43,032 nucleotides of DNA from a candidate division WOR-3 bacterium (GTDB lineage Bacteria; Hydrothermota; Tepidihabitantia; SM23-42; JAOAFX01): the NCBI GenBank assembly GCA_039802145.1, contig JBDRWA010000002.1, positions 1 to 43,032 on the forward strand, in the 5' to 3' direction. The stretch's first letter is position 1. The number at the start of each line of letters is the position of its first letter. Made by a program: the position numbers and the translations under genes. The notes beneath the pieces are model-generated. The model worked only from the letters and a program-made list of their open reading frames with translations, did not search any database and was not told the origin of the DNA. This document shows, in pieces, positions 7,745 to 17,309 of the stretch.

Positions 7745-9808
7745 TCACACTGTCCAATTTTTTAAGATTATATCTTTTTGCGTGATTGATACTCTCAAAA
7801 GTGGTGTGCGGTCTATCTCCTTCCCCCCTTCCCGCGCTTTGATTATAAACTCTATGTAATTTTCAACCAATTTTAACTGTTCTAAAGGAATCGCTACTTC
7901 AGCAATTTCATCAATTTTAAAAGTTATGTTTTGACCCATACCAAGAATATATTTCAATCCTTTTGGTTTTTCAAAATCTATTTCATATTCATATTGGTTA
8001 ATATCTTGGTTTAATATATCAAATCTGATATAAAAATTTATGTCGTCAAACCCATAATAGACTTTTGAAAATAATCCCGCAAATCTCTGCATTGTGCCAC
8101 CAGTCCTTTTTAAGTCAAGATAACCTGCGTTATACCATTCATAAAAAAATGTCAATTTGCCGTCGATCGTGGGTGAGACATAATCTATAGGTTGTGTAGC
8201 ATAAATTTCGGCTTGAGGATTTATCGGTAGAAATAATTCATGCGGTGGTTCAATATTCAGTTTTTTATATATCCAGATTGCATTCTGCCTGAATAGTTGG
8301 TCAAATACTTCGGTGGTAACAGAGAAAAAGTCATCTCCAAACCACCAGAACCAATCGCTACCCTCCAGAAAATAAAAACGCCTCCAGATTTCATTGTTTT
8401 TTATACCTAACTCAATAAGTTTATCACGTAAATTTTTTATGATTAACCATGCCTTATGGTCTTCAGGTTTACCAATCCAGATATTGAAATTTGCTCCAAT
8501 CCAGGAGCCAGGGAATAAGTTTAAAAGACTATTAACTGTTTCTGGATGTTCATTTGCAAATTTTGAAAATGTTGTTGTTGGAATTTTTTCATCAGATATG
8601 GTTTTATAAAGCAACTGTAGAAAATCAGTCCCATCGTTCGTAAAATATTCCCAAGCATTCTCTCCATCAAGGATAACGGGAATAATAAATTTTTCTAACG
8701 CTGAAAGAGAACCAGCAATTTGTTTAATCCTGCCCACAAAATCTTCAACCGCCTTTTCTGGTTCCCATCTGTTATATACAAATGCAATACGATCTGATAA
8801 TAGATGATCCCGGAAAAAGATTTTGATATCGCCCATTTTCCATGGTTTGTAAAGCAGATTGCTATGATTCGGAATTCCATTTTCATCCCGTTTGAATGCG
8901 ACATTTATTGAGCGGGCAAGTATCTCTTCATCAGTGGCAATCCATTCAATGCCAGCATTGGATATAATAGGAATCAATTCCGAACAAACGCTTCCCTCTG
9001 ATGGCCAGAGCCCTTTTGGTTTAAATCCAAAAATTTTTTCAAATATTTCTATTCCTTGTATTATTTGTTCCACTGCATCTTCGGGATGCTTAAACTCAAA
9101 TGGAATTTCAAGAGTTGGATTTGAAATTTTAGCAAGATTGCTATCAATAAGCAAGGGTAGAATTGGATGTGATAGCGGTGATGTCGTGAGTTCAATCTGT
9201 CCTGATTCTGCTGCTTTTTTATATTCATCAAATATAGAATTGATTATTTTATTCTGAAGATTGATAATAAGTTCCTTATCCTGCTCCTTAAAATTCCTGC
9301 CCTTTTGATATAAATCATTTATTTCGGCTCTAAAAATAGGGTCGATCCAGGCAAGATTTGCCCATATTTGTAAATCCCGAAATTCGTCGGTTGTGAAACT
9401 TTCTGCGACGCTCGGCAGCTCTTCCGGCACGAGTTTTTTGCCTCGCTTCATCAATAAAGAAAAATATCTTGGGTAGGGTTCAACCATCTTTTCCCAGTTA
9501 GCGAGAAAGAAATCTTTTAGGATTTCGACTTTCTCATCAAATGTTAAGTCCTCAGCGCGTTTCTTGAACAACATAAACTGCCTGTCGGTACAGCGATTCT
9601 CCTTATAATCCTGAATCTGTGTAAGTAAAGTAGGGGTAAAATTAAATGTTGCATGAATATAAGGAAATTTTTGAAGATTTTTTAACATGTCAAGATAATC
9701 CTTTATCCCATGTAATCTTACCCACGGCATTGGAGAAATGTTATCTTCAGGATTGTAGTATATCGGTTGATGGAAATGCCAAAGGAATGCAACCGATAGA
9801 TTATTCAT
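7745..9808 (-). CDS. Glycoside hydrolase family 57 enzyme (alpha-amylase / alpha-glucan-active)
   Basis: N-terminal FLWHFHQPIYY and WVRLHGIKDYLDM, the nucleophile region GLWPSEGSV and the acid/base region ILDGENAWEY are all GH57 signature regions. Confidence 0.88.
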   Translation of the reverse strand: MNNLSVAFLWHFHQPIYYNPEDNISPMPWVRLHGIKDYLDMLKNLQKFPYIHATFNFTPTLLTQIQDYKENRCTDRQFMLFKKRAEDLTFDEKVEILKDFFLANWEKMVEPYPRYFSLLMKRGKKLVPEELPSVAESFTTDEFRDLQIWANLAWIDPIFRAEINDLYQKGRNFKEQDKELIINLQNKIINSIFDEYKKAAESGQIELTTSPLSHPILPLLIDSNLAKISNPTLEIPFEFKHPEDAVEQIIQGIEIFEKIFGFKPKGLWPSEGSVCSELIPIISNAGIEWIATDEEILARSINVAFKRDENGIPNHSNLLYKPWKMGDIKIFFRDHLLSDRIAFVYNRWEPEKAVEDFVGRIKQIAGSLSALEKFIIPVILDGENAWEYFTNDGTDFLQLLYKTISDEKIPTTTFSKFANEHPETVNSLLNLFPGSWIGANFNIWIGKPEDHKAWLIIKNLRDKLIELGIKNNEIWRRFYFLEGSDWFWWFGDDFFSVTTEVFDQLFRQNAIWIYKKLNIEPPHELFLPINPQAEIYATQPIDYVSPTIDGKLTFFYEWYNAGYLDLKRTGGTMQRFAGLFSKVYYGFDDINFYIRFDILNQDINQYEYEIDFEKPKGLKYILGMGQNITFKIDEIAEVAIPLEQLKLVENYIEFIIKAREGGKEIDRTPLLRVSITQKDIILKNWTV

Positions 9809-9866
9809 AAATTATGCATAGCTGGAAAAAAAACACCCAAAATACCTGAAAATTGATTAATAATCA

Positions 9867-10526
9867 CTATTTATTAAAATACCCGAGATAGAATCTGGCT
9901 TCATTGGTTATGTCTTGAGGTGGATTTTGTTCAAGAAGTTTTTGCAATATCTCCCGAGCCTTCTGTGTATTACCTAAAATTCCATTTACTCTTCCCCAAG
10001 AAAGCATCCCCAAATAATAAAAATGGGAATTTTTATTGTGCGTAACTTTCTCATAGTATTTCACTGCTCGTTCATAGTCTTTTAAACCTTCTGCAGAACA
10101 GCCGGCAGCGATTTGCGCTGAAGATGTAAGGAGAAAATCATTTTTCTCTTTGTGAAGAAATTTATCAAAATAATCAAGCGCCTCACTAAATCTTCCTGTA
10201 TTGTAAGTTATTACACCAAGATAATAATACGCTACTTTTCCTGGTCTGGTATTACTGTGTTTTTCGGCTAATTGTAAAAAAAGATTTTCTGCTTCCTGAA
10301 TCTTACCCATATTTATAAAATTTATCGCCTGGGTATACATTAATTCTGCCTCAGGATTAATCCGTTCTGACGGATATATAAGATATCCTATAATAAATAT
10401 CGCCGCAATCAATCCAATACCTATCCAGATTGCAATATCACGATGCCGTACAATAAATTTAATTAAATTTTCCATTGTACGCTGGAATGAGTCTTCAGTC
10501 TTCACGCCCCGTTTCATATCTTTCAT
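9867..10526 (-). CDS. Membrane-anchored tetratricopeptide-repeat protein (YfgM-like architecture)
   Basis: A single N-terminal TM helix (IAIWIGIGLIAAIFIIGYLIY) followed by TPR-like repeats (A..YYLG, A..YY.K). Confidence 0.6.
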   Translation of the reverse strand: MKDMKRGVKTEDSFQRTMENLIKFIVRHRDIAIWIGIGLIAAIFIIGYLIYPSERINPEAELMYTQAINFINMGKIQEAENLFLQLAEKHSNTRPGKVAYYYLGVITYNTGRFSEALDYFDKFLHKEKNDFLLTSSAQIAAGCSAEGLKDYERAVKYYEKVTHNKNSHFYYLGMLSWGRVNGILGNTQKAREILQKLLEQNPPQDITNEARFYLGYFNK

Positions 10527-10538
10527 AAAGCTCCTAAA

Positions 10539-10612
10539 TACCCCTGACCCGATTTGAACGGGTGACCTGCGGTTTAGGAAACCGCTGCTCTATCCTGCTG
10601 AGCTACAGGGGC
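10539..10612 (-). tRNA. tRNA-Arg (anticodon CCU)
   Basis: The reverse complement is GCCCCTGTAGCTCAGCAGGATAGAGCAGCGGTTTCCTAAACCGCAGGTCACCCGTTCAAATCGGGTCAGGGGTA, with anticodon loop TTCCTAA and a G1:U72 wobble in the acceptor stem. Confidence 0.85.
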
Positions 10613-10626
10613 ACAAATATTGTTAG

Positions 10627-10654
10627 ATTATATAAAATTTATAACAAAAGTCAA
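10627..10654 (-). promoter_or_regulatory. Sigma70-type promoter TTGACT-16-TATAAT for tRNA-Arg (and probably the downstream TPR gene)
   Basis: On the minus strand, TTGACT is the complement of 10649-10654 and TATAAT the complement of 10627-10632. The tRNA starts 14 nt downstream. Confidence 0.72.
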
Positions 10655-10677
10655 TAATTATTTACCATTAAATCTGA

Positions 10678-10705
10678 TTGACAAGTAAATTATTTTATGT
10701 ATAAT
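10678..10705 (+). promoter_or_regulatory. Sigma70-type promoter TTGACA-16-TATAAT, 7 nt before ATG 10713
   Basis: TTGACA at 10678-10683 and TATAAT at 10700-10705. The first in-frame ATG (10704) lies inside the -10 box, so ATG 10713 is the likely leaderless start. Confidence 0.6.
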
Positions 10706-11441
10706 GAAATTAATGAAGCGAGGATTGGTTATAATTCCGACCTATAACGAAGCCGTGAATATTGAGAAAATAATAAATGCTGTCCTTTCTAAGTCTGAAC
10801 AGCTTGAAATTCTTGTAATTGATGATAATTCTTCGGATAATACCTCAGAAATTGTTGAAAATCTGATGAAACAAAATAATAGAGTGCATATCATCAAGAG
10901 ACCCAGGAAGATGGGACTTGGTACTGCCTATGTCACTGGATTTGGATATGCGCTTGAAAATAACTATGATTTTGTTTTTGAAATGGACGCAGATTTCTCA
11001 CACGACCCCAATGATCTAACAAGGTTCATTGAACTTTTAGCTAAATATGATTTAATCATTGGGTCTAGATATATAAATGGTGTGAGTGTTGTCAACTGGC
11101 CAATGAAGAGATTATTACTGTCTTTTTTTGCCTGTATATTTGCAAGGATTGTCACCGGTGTTCCGGTTCGAGATCTTACTAGCGGATTTAAATGTTATTC
11201 GCGCCGTGCGCTCGAGAGTGTAAACTGGAAAAAATTTAAGGTTGATGGCTACGGATTTCAAATTCAGAGTGTTTATGGAGTTTTCTCTGCCGGTCTGCCA
11301 ATAATAGAAATACCAATAATCTTTGTAGAACGGAGGGCAGGAACATCAAAGATGTCAAAGAAAATAATCTGGGAAGCATTCTGGTTGGTTTGGAAACTAC
11401 GCCTTATGTCGATATTCAACAAAAAATGGCTCAGTAAATGA
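10704..11441 (+). CDS. Polyprenol-phosphate mannosyltransferase (GT2, Dpm1-like); the real start is probably ATG 10713
   Basis: Motifs LVIIPTYNE, VIDDNSSDNT, GLGTAYVTG, EMDADFSHDP and GSRY. Confidence 0.88.
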   Translation: MKLMKRGLVIIPTYNEAVNIEKIINAVLSKSEQLEILVIDDNSSDNTSEIVENLMKQNNRVHIIKRPRKMGLGTAYVTGFGYALENNYDFVFEMDADFSHDPNDLTRFIELLAKYDLIIGSRYINGVSVVNWPMKRLLLSFFACIFARIVTGVPVRDLTSGFKCYSRRALESVNWKKFKVDGYGFQIQSVYGVFSAGLPIIEIPIIFVERRAGTSKMSKKIIWEAFWLVWKLRLMSIFNKKWLSK

Positions 11442-13603
11442 TTTCAATTAAACTTTTTATTATTGCCATCTCATTAAAGCCAGTTTTCTATACAAATCAC
11501 AATTATGTATATAATATCGCAGTCAATGCTTCATCTGTTTATGCAGCAACAAACGGTGGTATTGTGGCCTACAATTATCTAAATAATAATTTTAAGGTTT
11601 TAACGAACACCGATGGATTAACAACTAATCGTCAGAAATGCATCGCAATTGATAGTTCGGGTAATATCTGGGCAGGTTCAGATAATGGCCTTGTCCAGAT
11701 TGATAAATCATTCAATAATATTCAGATTTATCCGATTGAATGTCTACCTTGCACGAGGGTGAATACAATTTATTGTTTAAAAGATACAATCTTAGTGGGA
11801 ACCCAAAACGGCTTGTTGGTGATAGATACAAAAGGCACATCAGAGAATTTTCAGGATGATAAAGTTTTAAAGATCTATGATTTTCAAGGATTATCTTCTA
11901 ATAATGTTTTGACAATTGAGGTTGATACCTTTTTCTGGATTGGTACGGATGAAAAGATAACAAGATTCACCAATGATTTTCAGAATTATACTATCTATGG
12001 TATGGAAAATGGATTGCTCAAAAATTATATTGTGAAAATAAAAATTATAGATTCAGGTCTCTATGTGGGAACCGATGGAGGATTAAACAGATTTACAGGA
12101 ACCCATTTTGATACGCTAATAACCGGTTATAAAATTGTTGATATAGAAAAGGCAGGCGACTCACTCCTTCTTGCCCTTGATTCCCTTCGTCAGATCGGGA
12201 TATTTTTTCAGGGGAATTTGAGCCTTTTGAATAGCGGTATTCCCTATTTGATCAGGATAAATGATATTGAAAACTATAAAGGAATTTGGTTCTGCGCCAC
12301 TGGTAATTCCTTTAAATCCGATTATTTCGGCGAAGGGATAGGAATTTATAATTTTGTAAATCAACAATGGGAATTAAAAAAAGATAATTGCCTTGCTTCA
12401 AACCACATTTGTAGCATAACTGCAAACCGACATGGCGTTTTCATTGCTCATGGGACACGAAATGTTGATGCGCGCGGGGTTAGCTGGCTTAAAACCAATC
12501 AAACTTGGCAAAATTTATGTCAAGATTCACTCGTTCCCACGAAATTCGTTCACCGCTGTATCACTGCACCAGACAAAAAAATCTGGTTCGCTCTGCATTA
12601 TACAGATTCCTTAATCGCAATTTCCTACGATCCAGAAAATAATTCCTGGTATTATTTGAAACAAAAATATCGTGGTATTGATAGTACCGTAGCGATATGG
12701 GATTTGAAATTCGACCTGAGGAATAATATGTATCTTTCCCTTGCTGGGCCATCAGATAAAATCTGGGTTTTTGATTCTGCACTGACAGTAGCATATCTCC
12801 TTGGTGATAGAACCCCGGGATTTGAAGTTGAACTTGCAATTGATTCAAGTCTGCATGTGTATAGCACGGTCTTTGATGCCGCAGGCGGTGTATTAATGAT
12901 TGATACTAAAGGAACAATCTTTGACCGCGGGGATGATATTAATTTAAAGTATGGGAAGACCGATGGATTGCTTTCGCAATTCTGCTCTGGTATAACGGTA
13001 GATGAAAGAAACAATGTTTACATTGCCAATGAAATTGGCGTTTCAGTGCTTCAAAATAATCGCTTTGAGTACATAGAAAATTTCAATGGTGGCATGATTT
13101 ATGATGTGCTCGCAGATGGCGAGGGCAGGGTATGGATAATGGCTGACAACGGAATATATGCTTATGATATTAATTACAAAATATTAAAAGGTTTTCTCTT
13201 TAATGAATTGAGTGTTAATGTAGAATTTCTGCCGGTAAGCAATGAAATAATACAGGTCCAGGGGTTTTTCTATGATTCTTTACGTTCCTGTTTCTGGTTG
13301 GGGAGCGAGAATGGACTGTTGAAACTTGAAATCTGCAAAAGTGACACATCTTTATTAGATAGTGTTATAATCTACCCCAATCCGGTAATAAGAGGCGGTG
13401 TTGTGCGCATTAAAAATATTCCCGACGATGCTACGGTAACCATATTTTCAATTTCGGGTAGGAAGTTAGCGCAGGGTTTAAACCCTAATTCCTTGGGCGA
13501 AGTTCTCTGGCAAATTCCATCTAATATACCAAGTGGTTTATACTTCGCATTAATTATTACCGGTAATGATAAAAAGGTTTGCAAGTTTGCTATTGTCAAA
13601 TAG
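11438..13603 (+). CDS. Secreted beta-propeller repeat protein (two-component-regulator-propeller type repeats) with a T9SS C-terminal sorting domain
   Basis: Repeated W.G(T/S)..GL...(D/F) units (IWAGSDNGLVQID, LVGTQNGLLVID, YVGTDGGLNRF). The C-terminus IYPNPV...VTIFSISGRKL...SGLYFALI is typical of Por/T9SS CTDs. Confidence 0.75.
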   Translation: MISIKLFIIAISLKPVFYTNHNYVYNIAVNASSVYAATNGGIVAYNYLNNNFKVLTNTDGLTTNRQKCIAIDSSGNIWAGSDNGLVQIDKSFNNIQIYPIECLPCTRVNTIYCLKDTILVGTQNGLLVIDTKGTSENFQDDKVLKIYDFQGLSSNNVLTIEVDTFFWIGTDEKITRFTNDFQNYTIYGMENGLLKNYIVKIKIIDSGLYVGTDGGLNRFTGTHFDTLITGYKIVDIEKAGDSLLLALDSLRQIGIFFQGNLSLLNSGIPYLIRINDIENYKGIWFCATGNSFKSDYFGEGIGIYNFVNQQWELKKDNCLASNHICSITANRHGVFIAHGTRNVDARGVSWLKTNQTWQNLCQDSLVPTKFVHRCITAPDKKIWFALHYTDSLIAISYDPENNSWYYLKQKYRGIDSTVAIWDLKFDLRNNMYLSLAGPSDKIWVFDSALTVAYLLGDRTPGFEVELAIDSSLHVYSTVFDAAGGVLMIDTKGTIFDRGDDINLKYGKTDGLLSQFCSGITVDERNNVYIANEIGVSVLQNNRFEYIENFNGGMIYDVLADGEGRVWIMADNGIYAYDINYKILKGFLFNELSVNVEFLPVSNEIIQVQGFFYDSLRSCFWLGSENGLLKLEICKSDTSLLDSVIIYPNPVIRGGVVRIKNIPDDATVTIFSISGRKLAQGLNPNSLGEVLWQIPSNIPSGLYFALIITGNDKKVCKFAIVK

Positions 13604-13638
13604 ATTGCGACGCCCCGCTGTAGTTATTTTCCTATATT

Positions 13639-13980
13639 ATGCATGAGTATAGTGTAACCAAATCACTCGTTGACCTTTGTCATCAGGAGGCGGAGAAACA
13701 CAAAATAAATCTCGTGAAGGTAATAAAAGTTCGCCTCGGGAAATTTACCGGATTTTCGCCGGATGCAATAAATTTTTATTTTGATTATTTGAAAAACGGT
13801 ACACGATGTGAAAATGCTAAGTTGGTATTTTTTGAAATACCGATAAGGATAAAATGTGACGACTGCAATTTTGAAGATCAAATAGACGAACCGCTGTTTA
13901 TCTGCCCAAAATGTGGTAAGACATCAATCTCAATATTATCGGGTAGAGAATTTTATGTAGAATCAATAGAAGGTGAATAG
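13639..13980 (+). CDS. hypA: [NiFe]-hydrogenase nickel-insertion protein HypA
   Basis: An MHEYS N-terminus and two CxxC pairs (CDDCNF, CPKCG). Confidence 0.9.
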   Translation: MHEYSVTKSLVDLCHQEAEKHKINLVKVIKVRLGKFTGFSPDAINFYFDYLKNGTRCENAKLVFFEIPIRIKCDDCNFEDQIDEPLFICPKCGKTSISILSGREFYVESIEGE

Positions 13981-13992
13981 AAAGGAGTATTG

Positions 13993-14643
13993 ATGAAGAT
14001 CAATATTCTTAAACCTGTTTTGGTTTCAAATCAAGAAAGGGCAAAAGCGAATAGAAAATTTTTTGATAAATCACATTCGTTGGTTTTGAATATCATCGGT
14101 TCACCGGGTTCAGGGAAGACATCGGTGATAGAGAATATCGTAAAACGACTAAAACCCAGATACAAAATACTTGTAATAGAAGGAGACATAAAAGGTTCAA
14201 TTGATAGTGAAAGATTGGGTAAATTAAAGATAGATACAATCCAGATAAATACCCAGACTGAATGCCATCTTGATGCATTTATGATTGCTCAGGCGTTGCC
14301 AAAGATTGAAAAATCCTATGATTTAATACTTGTTGAAAATGTTGGTAACCTTGTCTGCCCTGCTGAATTTGAAATTGGTGAAGATTATAAGGTTGCGATT
14401 CTTTCCGCCCCTGAAGGTGATGATAAACCGATTAAATACCCATTGCTGTTTCATTTAGCAAAGGTCGTTCTCATTAATAAAATTGACCTTCTTCCCTATT
14501 TGGATTTTAAGATAAAAAAGGCAAGGAAAAATATAGTAGATAAAAATCCTAGGGCACTAATATATGAAGTTTCAGCCAGAAATGGAAAAGGCTTTGACAA
14601 ACTCGTCCATTTTATAGAAAAAGAACTGTCCAGGAAAAAATAA
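13993..14643 (+). CDS. hypB: [NiFe]-hydrogenase maturation GTPase HypB
   Basis: ATG 13993 follows AAGGAG. P-loop GSPGSGKTS, ENVGNLVCPA and NKIDL. Confidence 0.9.
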   Translation: MKINILKPVLVSNQERAKANRKFFDKSHSLVLNIIGSPGSGKTSVIENIVKRLKPRYKILVIEGDIKGSIDSERLGKLKIDTIQINTQTECHLDAFMIAQALPKIEKSYDLILVENVGNLVCPAEFEIGEDYKVAILSAPEGDDKPIKYPLLFHLAKVVLINKIDLLPYLDFKIKKARKNIVDKNPRALIYEVSARNGKGFDKLVHFIEKELSRKK

Positions 14644-14658
14644 TAGAGCGATTTATTA

Positions 14659-16983
14659 ATGACAAGAAGCCTTGTTCAAGTCAAAGGAATCGTTCAAGGG
14701 GTGGGGTTCAGACCTTTTGTTTACCGTCTGGCAAATAGGTTAAACCTCACCGGATTTGTCCGCAATACATCCTATGGCGTAGAGATAGAGATTGAAGGAA
14801 ATACCAAAAGGATAAAAGAATTTTTAAAACGCCTCTCCTTAGAAAAACCGGTTGCCTCAATAATTGAGTTAATTACGGTCAGGCAGATTCCCGCAAGAAG
14901 GGAAAAGACGTTTGTCATAAAACAAAGCAAACGCGCTGAAGGGTTTACTCAGTTATCACCGGATATTGCAACCTGTAAAGATTGTTTGAAAGAATTCTTT
15001 AATCCTGAAGACCGTAGATATAAATTTCCTTTTATAAATTGTACAAATTGTGGCCCAAGATACTCAATAATCTATAATACCCCTTATGATCGGGCACAGA
15101 CTTCAATGAGAGAGTTTAGAATGTGTCCGGAGTGTGAAAAGGAATTTGAAGATATAAATGACCGCAGATTCCATGCCCAACCCGATTGTTGCTTTGTCTG
15201 TGGCCCTGAGTTTTCGTTATGCTCAATTGCTGGAAAAAGAATTAAAACGAAAGACCCCATCAGTGAAGCGATAAATCTATTAAAAAAAGGTGAGATTATT
15301 GCGATAAAAGGGATCGGTGGATTCCATATCGCCTGCGATGCCACGAATTGCAGCGCAGTAAATAAATTAAGGCATTTAAAAAATCGTCCGACGAAACCAT
15401 TTGCAATAATGGCTAATGAAAAAGACATAGAGAAAATAGTAAAAATAACTTCTCCAGAAAAAAAGATAATAAAATCACCTGTCGCACCAATAATGCTCCT
15501 TGAAAAAAAGAAAAGTATGATATGTGAAGAGGTTGCGCCAAAGAATCCTTATCTGGGAGTGATGTTACCGTATGCACCGGTTCATTATCTTCTTCTGGAG
15601 AAAATACCGTTCCTTGTTATGACAAGTGCTAATATTGCAGATGAACCACTTGCAAAGAATGAAATAGAAATAAAGAACAAACTTAGAAAAATAGTTTCCT
15701 TCTATCTTACCCACAATCGTAAAATCATAAACAGATGTGATGATTCTATAGGATTTTACCTCAAAGACCGTGGATTTTCAATAATTCGTCGTTCAAGGGG
15801 TTATGTGCCGGTGCCTATTGAATTACCATTTTCTGTAAAACCGACTCTCGCAACTGGTCCTTATTTAAAAAATACCTTTACTCTTGCGGATAAAAAGAGT
15901 GCCTATGTTTCACCCCATATCGGAGACCTTGATAATTCTGAGACACTAAATTTTTTCCATGAAATGGTTGGGAATTATAAAAGATGGTTCAAGATTGAGC
16001 CAGAATTGGTTGTGCACGATTTACACCCGGATTATCTATCTACCAAGATTGCCGCTGAAATAGCAAAGAAAAAAGGACTGAAGATAATTGGTATCCAGCA
16101 TCACATTGCCCATATCGTTTCCTGCCTTGGCGAGAATAAAATATCTGAACTGGCAATCGGTATTGCGTTTGATGGGACCGGATACGGATTTGATGGGAAT
16201 ATCTGGGGCAGTGAATTCTTTATCGGCGATTTGAATAGCCTAAAGAGAGCTGCACACCTTGAGTACCTTCCACTGCCCGGTGGTGAAGAAAGTATAAGGA
16301 AACCGTACCGGATCGCCATAGCATATCTATATAAAATTTTTGGCAAAGACCTATTCCATTTTTCCGGAAGGCAGATCTATAATAATATAGAAACTTTACA
16401 TCTGAAATCTTCCCATCATGAGAATGATGTGATTATCAAGATGATTAACCAGAACTACAATCTTGCTTATACATCAAGCATGGGAAGATTATTTGATTGT
16501 GTATCGGCAATGCTTGATATAACTCAGGAGATCACTTATGAAGCGGAGGCGGCAATAAATCTTGAATATGTTGCAAAAAAGGGGCTAAGAGAGTATTATC
16601 CCTATGAAATATCACATAGAGATAGAAAAGCAAGGGAATGGTGGGAAAATGAAATTGAACTTGTACTTGGAGTTCGTCCGATACTTGAAGGTATTTTGAA
16701 TGATATAAAAAAAGGCATTTGTAAAGACATCATTTCAGCCAAATTCCACAATACGGTCGTCCAATTTTCACTTGACATCGTCAGGAAACTACGTAGAATT
16801 TATGGTGTGAACAGAGTTATTTTATCTGGCGGAGTTTTTCAAAATAGATATTTGTTGAATTTAATGATAAGACGCTTGGAAGATAATGATTTCAAGGTTT
16901 TTACGCATCATAAACTACCAACAAATGACGGCTGTATCTCTTATGGGCAGGTGATATGTGGAAACTTAATAAGTGGGAAGTGA
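14659..16983 (+). CDS. hypF: Carbamoyltransferase HypF
   Basis: An acylphosphatase-like N-terminus (GIVQGVGFRPFVYRLA), two zinc-finger CxxC...CxxC blocks, a YrdC-like IKGIGGFH segment and a Kae1-like C-terminus. Confidence 0.93.
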   Translation: MTRSLVQVKGIVQGVGFRPFVYRLANRLNLTGFVRNTSYGVEIEIEGNTKRIKEFLKRLSLEKPVASIIELITVRQIPARREKTFVIKQSKRAEGFTQLSPDIATCKDCLKEFFNPEDRRYKFPFINCTNCGPRYSIIYNTPYDRAQTSMREFRMCPECEKEFEDINDRRFHAQPDCCFVCGPEFSLCSIAGKRIKTKDPISEAINLLKKGEIIAIKGIGGFHIACDATNCSAVNKLRHLKNRPTKPFAIMANEKDIEKIVKITSPEKKIIKSPVAPIMLLEKKKSMICEEVAPKNPYLGVMLPYAPVHYLLLEKIPFLVMTSANIADEPLAKNEIEIKNKLRKIVSFYLTHNRKIINRCDDSIGFYLKDRGFSIIRRSRGYVPVPIELPFSVKPTLATGPYLKNTFTLADKKSAYVSPHIGDLDNSETLNFFHEMVGNYKRWFKIEPELVVHDLHPDYLSTKIAAEIAKKKGLKIIGIQHHIAHIVSCLGENKISELAIGIAFDGTGYGFDGNIWGSEFFIGDLNSLKRAAHLEYLPLPGGEESIRKPYRIAIAYLYKIFGKDLFHFSGRQIYNNIETLHLKSSHHENDVIIKMINQNYNLAYTSSMGRLFDCVSAMLDITQEITYEAEAAINLEYVAKKGLREYYPYEISHRDRKAREWWENEIELVLGVRPILEGILNDIKKGICKDIISAKFHNTVVQFSLDIVRKLRRIYGVNRVILSGGVFQNRYLLNLMIRRLEDNDFKVFTHHKLPTNDGCISYGQVICGNLISGK

Positions 16984-17003
16984 AAAGTGGAAAGTGAGTG
17001 GAT

Positions 17004-17222
17004 ATGTGTTTGGCAGTAGTCGGGAGAATAGAAAAAATTGATGGTGATATGGCGATTGCCGAAATTATGGGTGTACGGAAGGAGATCTCTATCGTTCTCA
17101 CACCTGAGGTAAAAGTTGGAGATTATGTAATGATACATGCGGGTTTTGCTATAAACCCAATAGATGAAGAAGAGGCAAGAAAGACCGAAGAACTTTTGAA
17201 AGAAATCGCAAACTATTCATAG
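17004..17222 (+). CDS. hypC: Hydrogenase assembly chaperone HypC
   Basis: Start set at ATG 17004 so that the protein begins MCLAVVGRI (essential Cys2). HypC/HupF-like length of 72 aa. Confidence 0.88.
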   Translation: MCLAVVGRIEKIDGDMAIAEIMGVRKEISIVLTPEVKVGDYVMIHAGFAINPIDEEEARKTEELLKEIANYS

Positions 17223-17309
17223 TTATAAAAAGTATTAATTGCTATTGTTATAATGTTTAGATTTGACCCGAATAGTTTTCCAAATAATTTTTTCTTTTTA
17301 ACAATTCTA

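Noticed and set aside
16968-17003. Purine-rich tandem-like AAGTG(G/A) repeats between the end of hypF and the start of hypC
   Set aside because: It is short and imperfect, partly inside the hypF coding end, and explained as an SD-like purine tract before hypC. There is no evidence of a distinct element.
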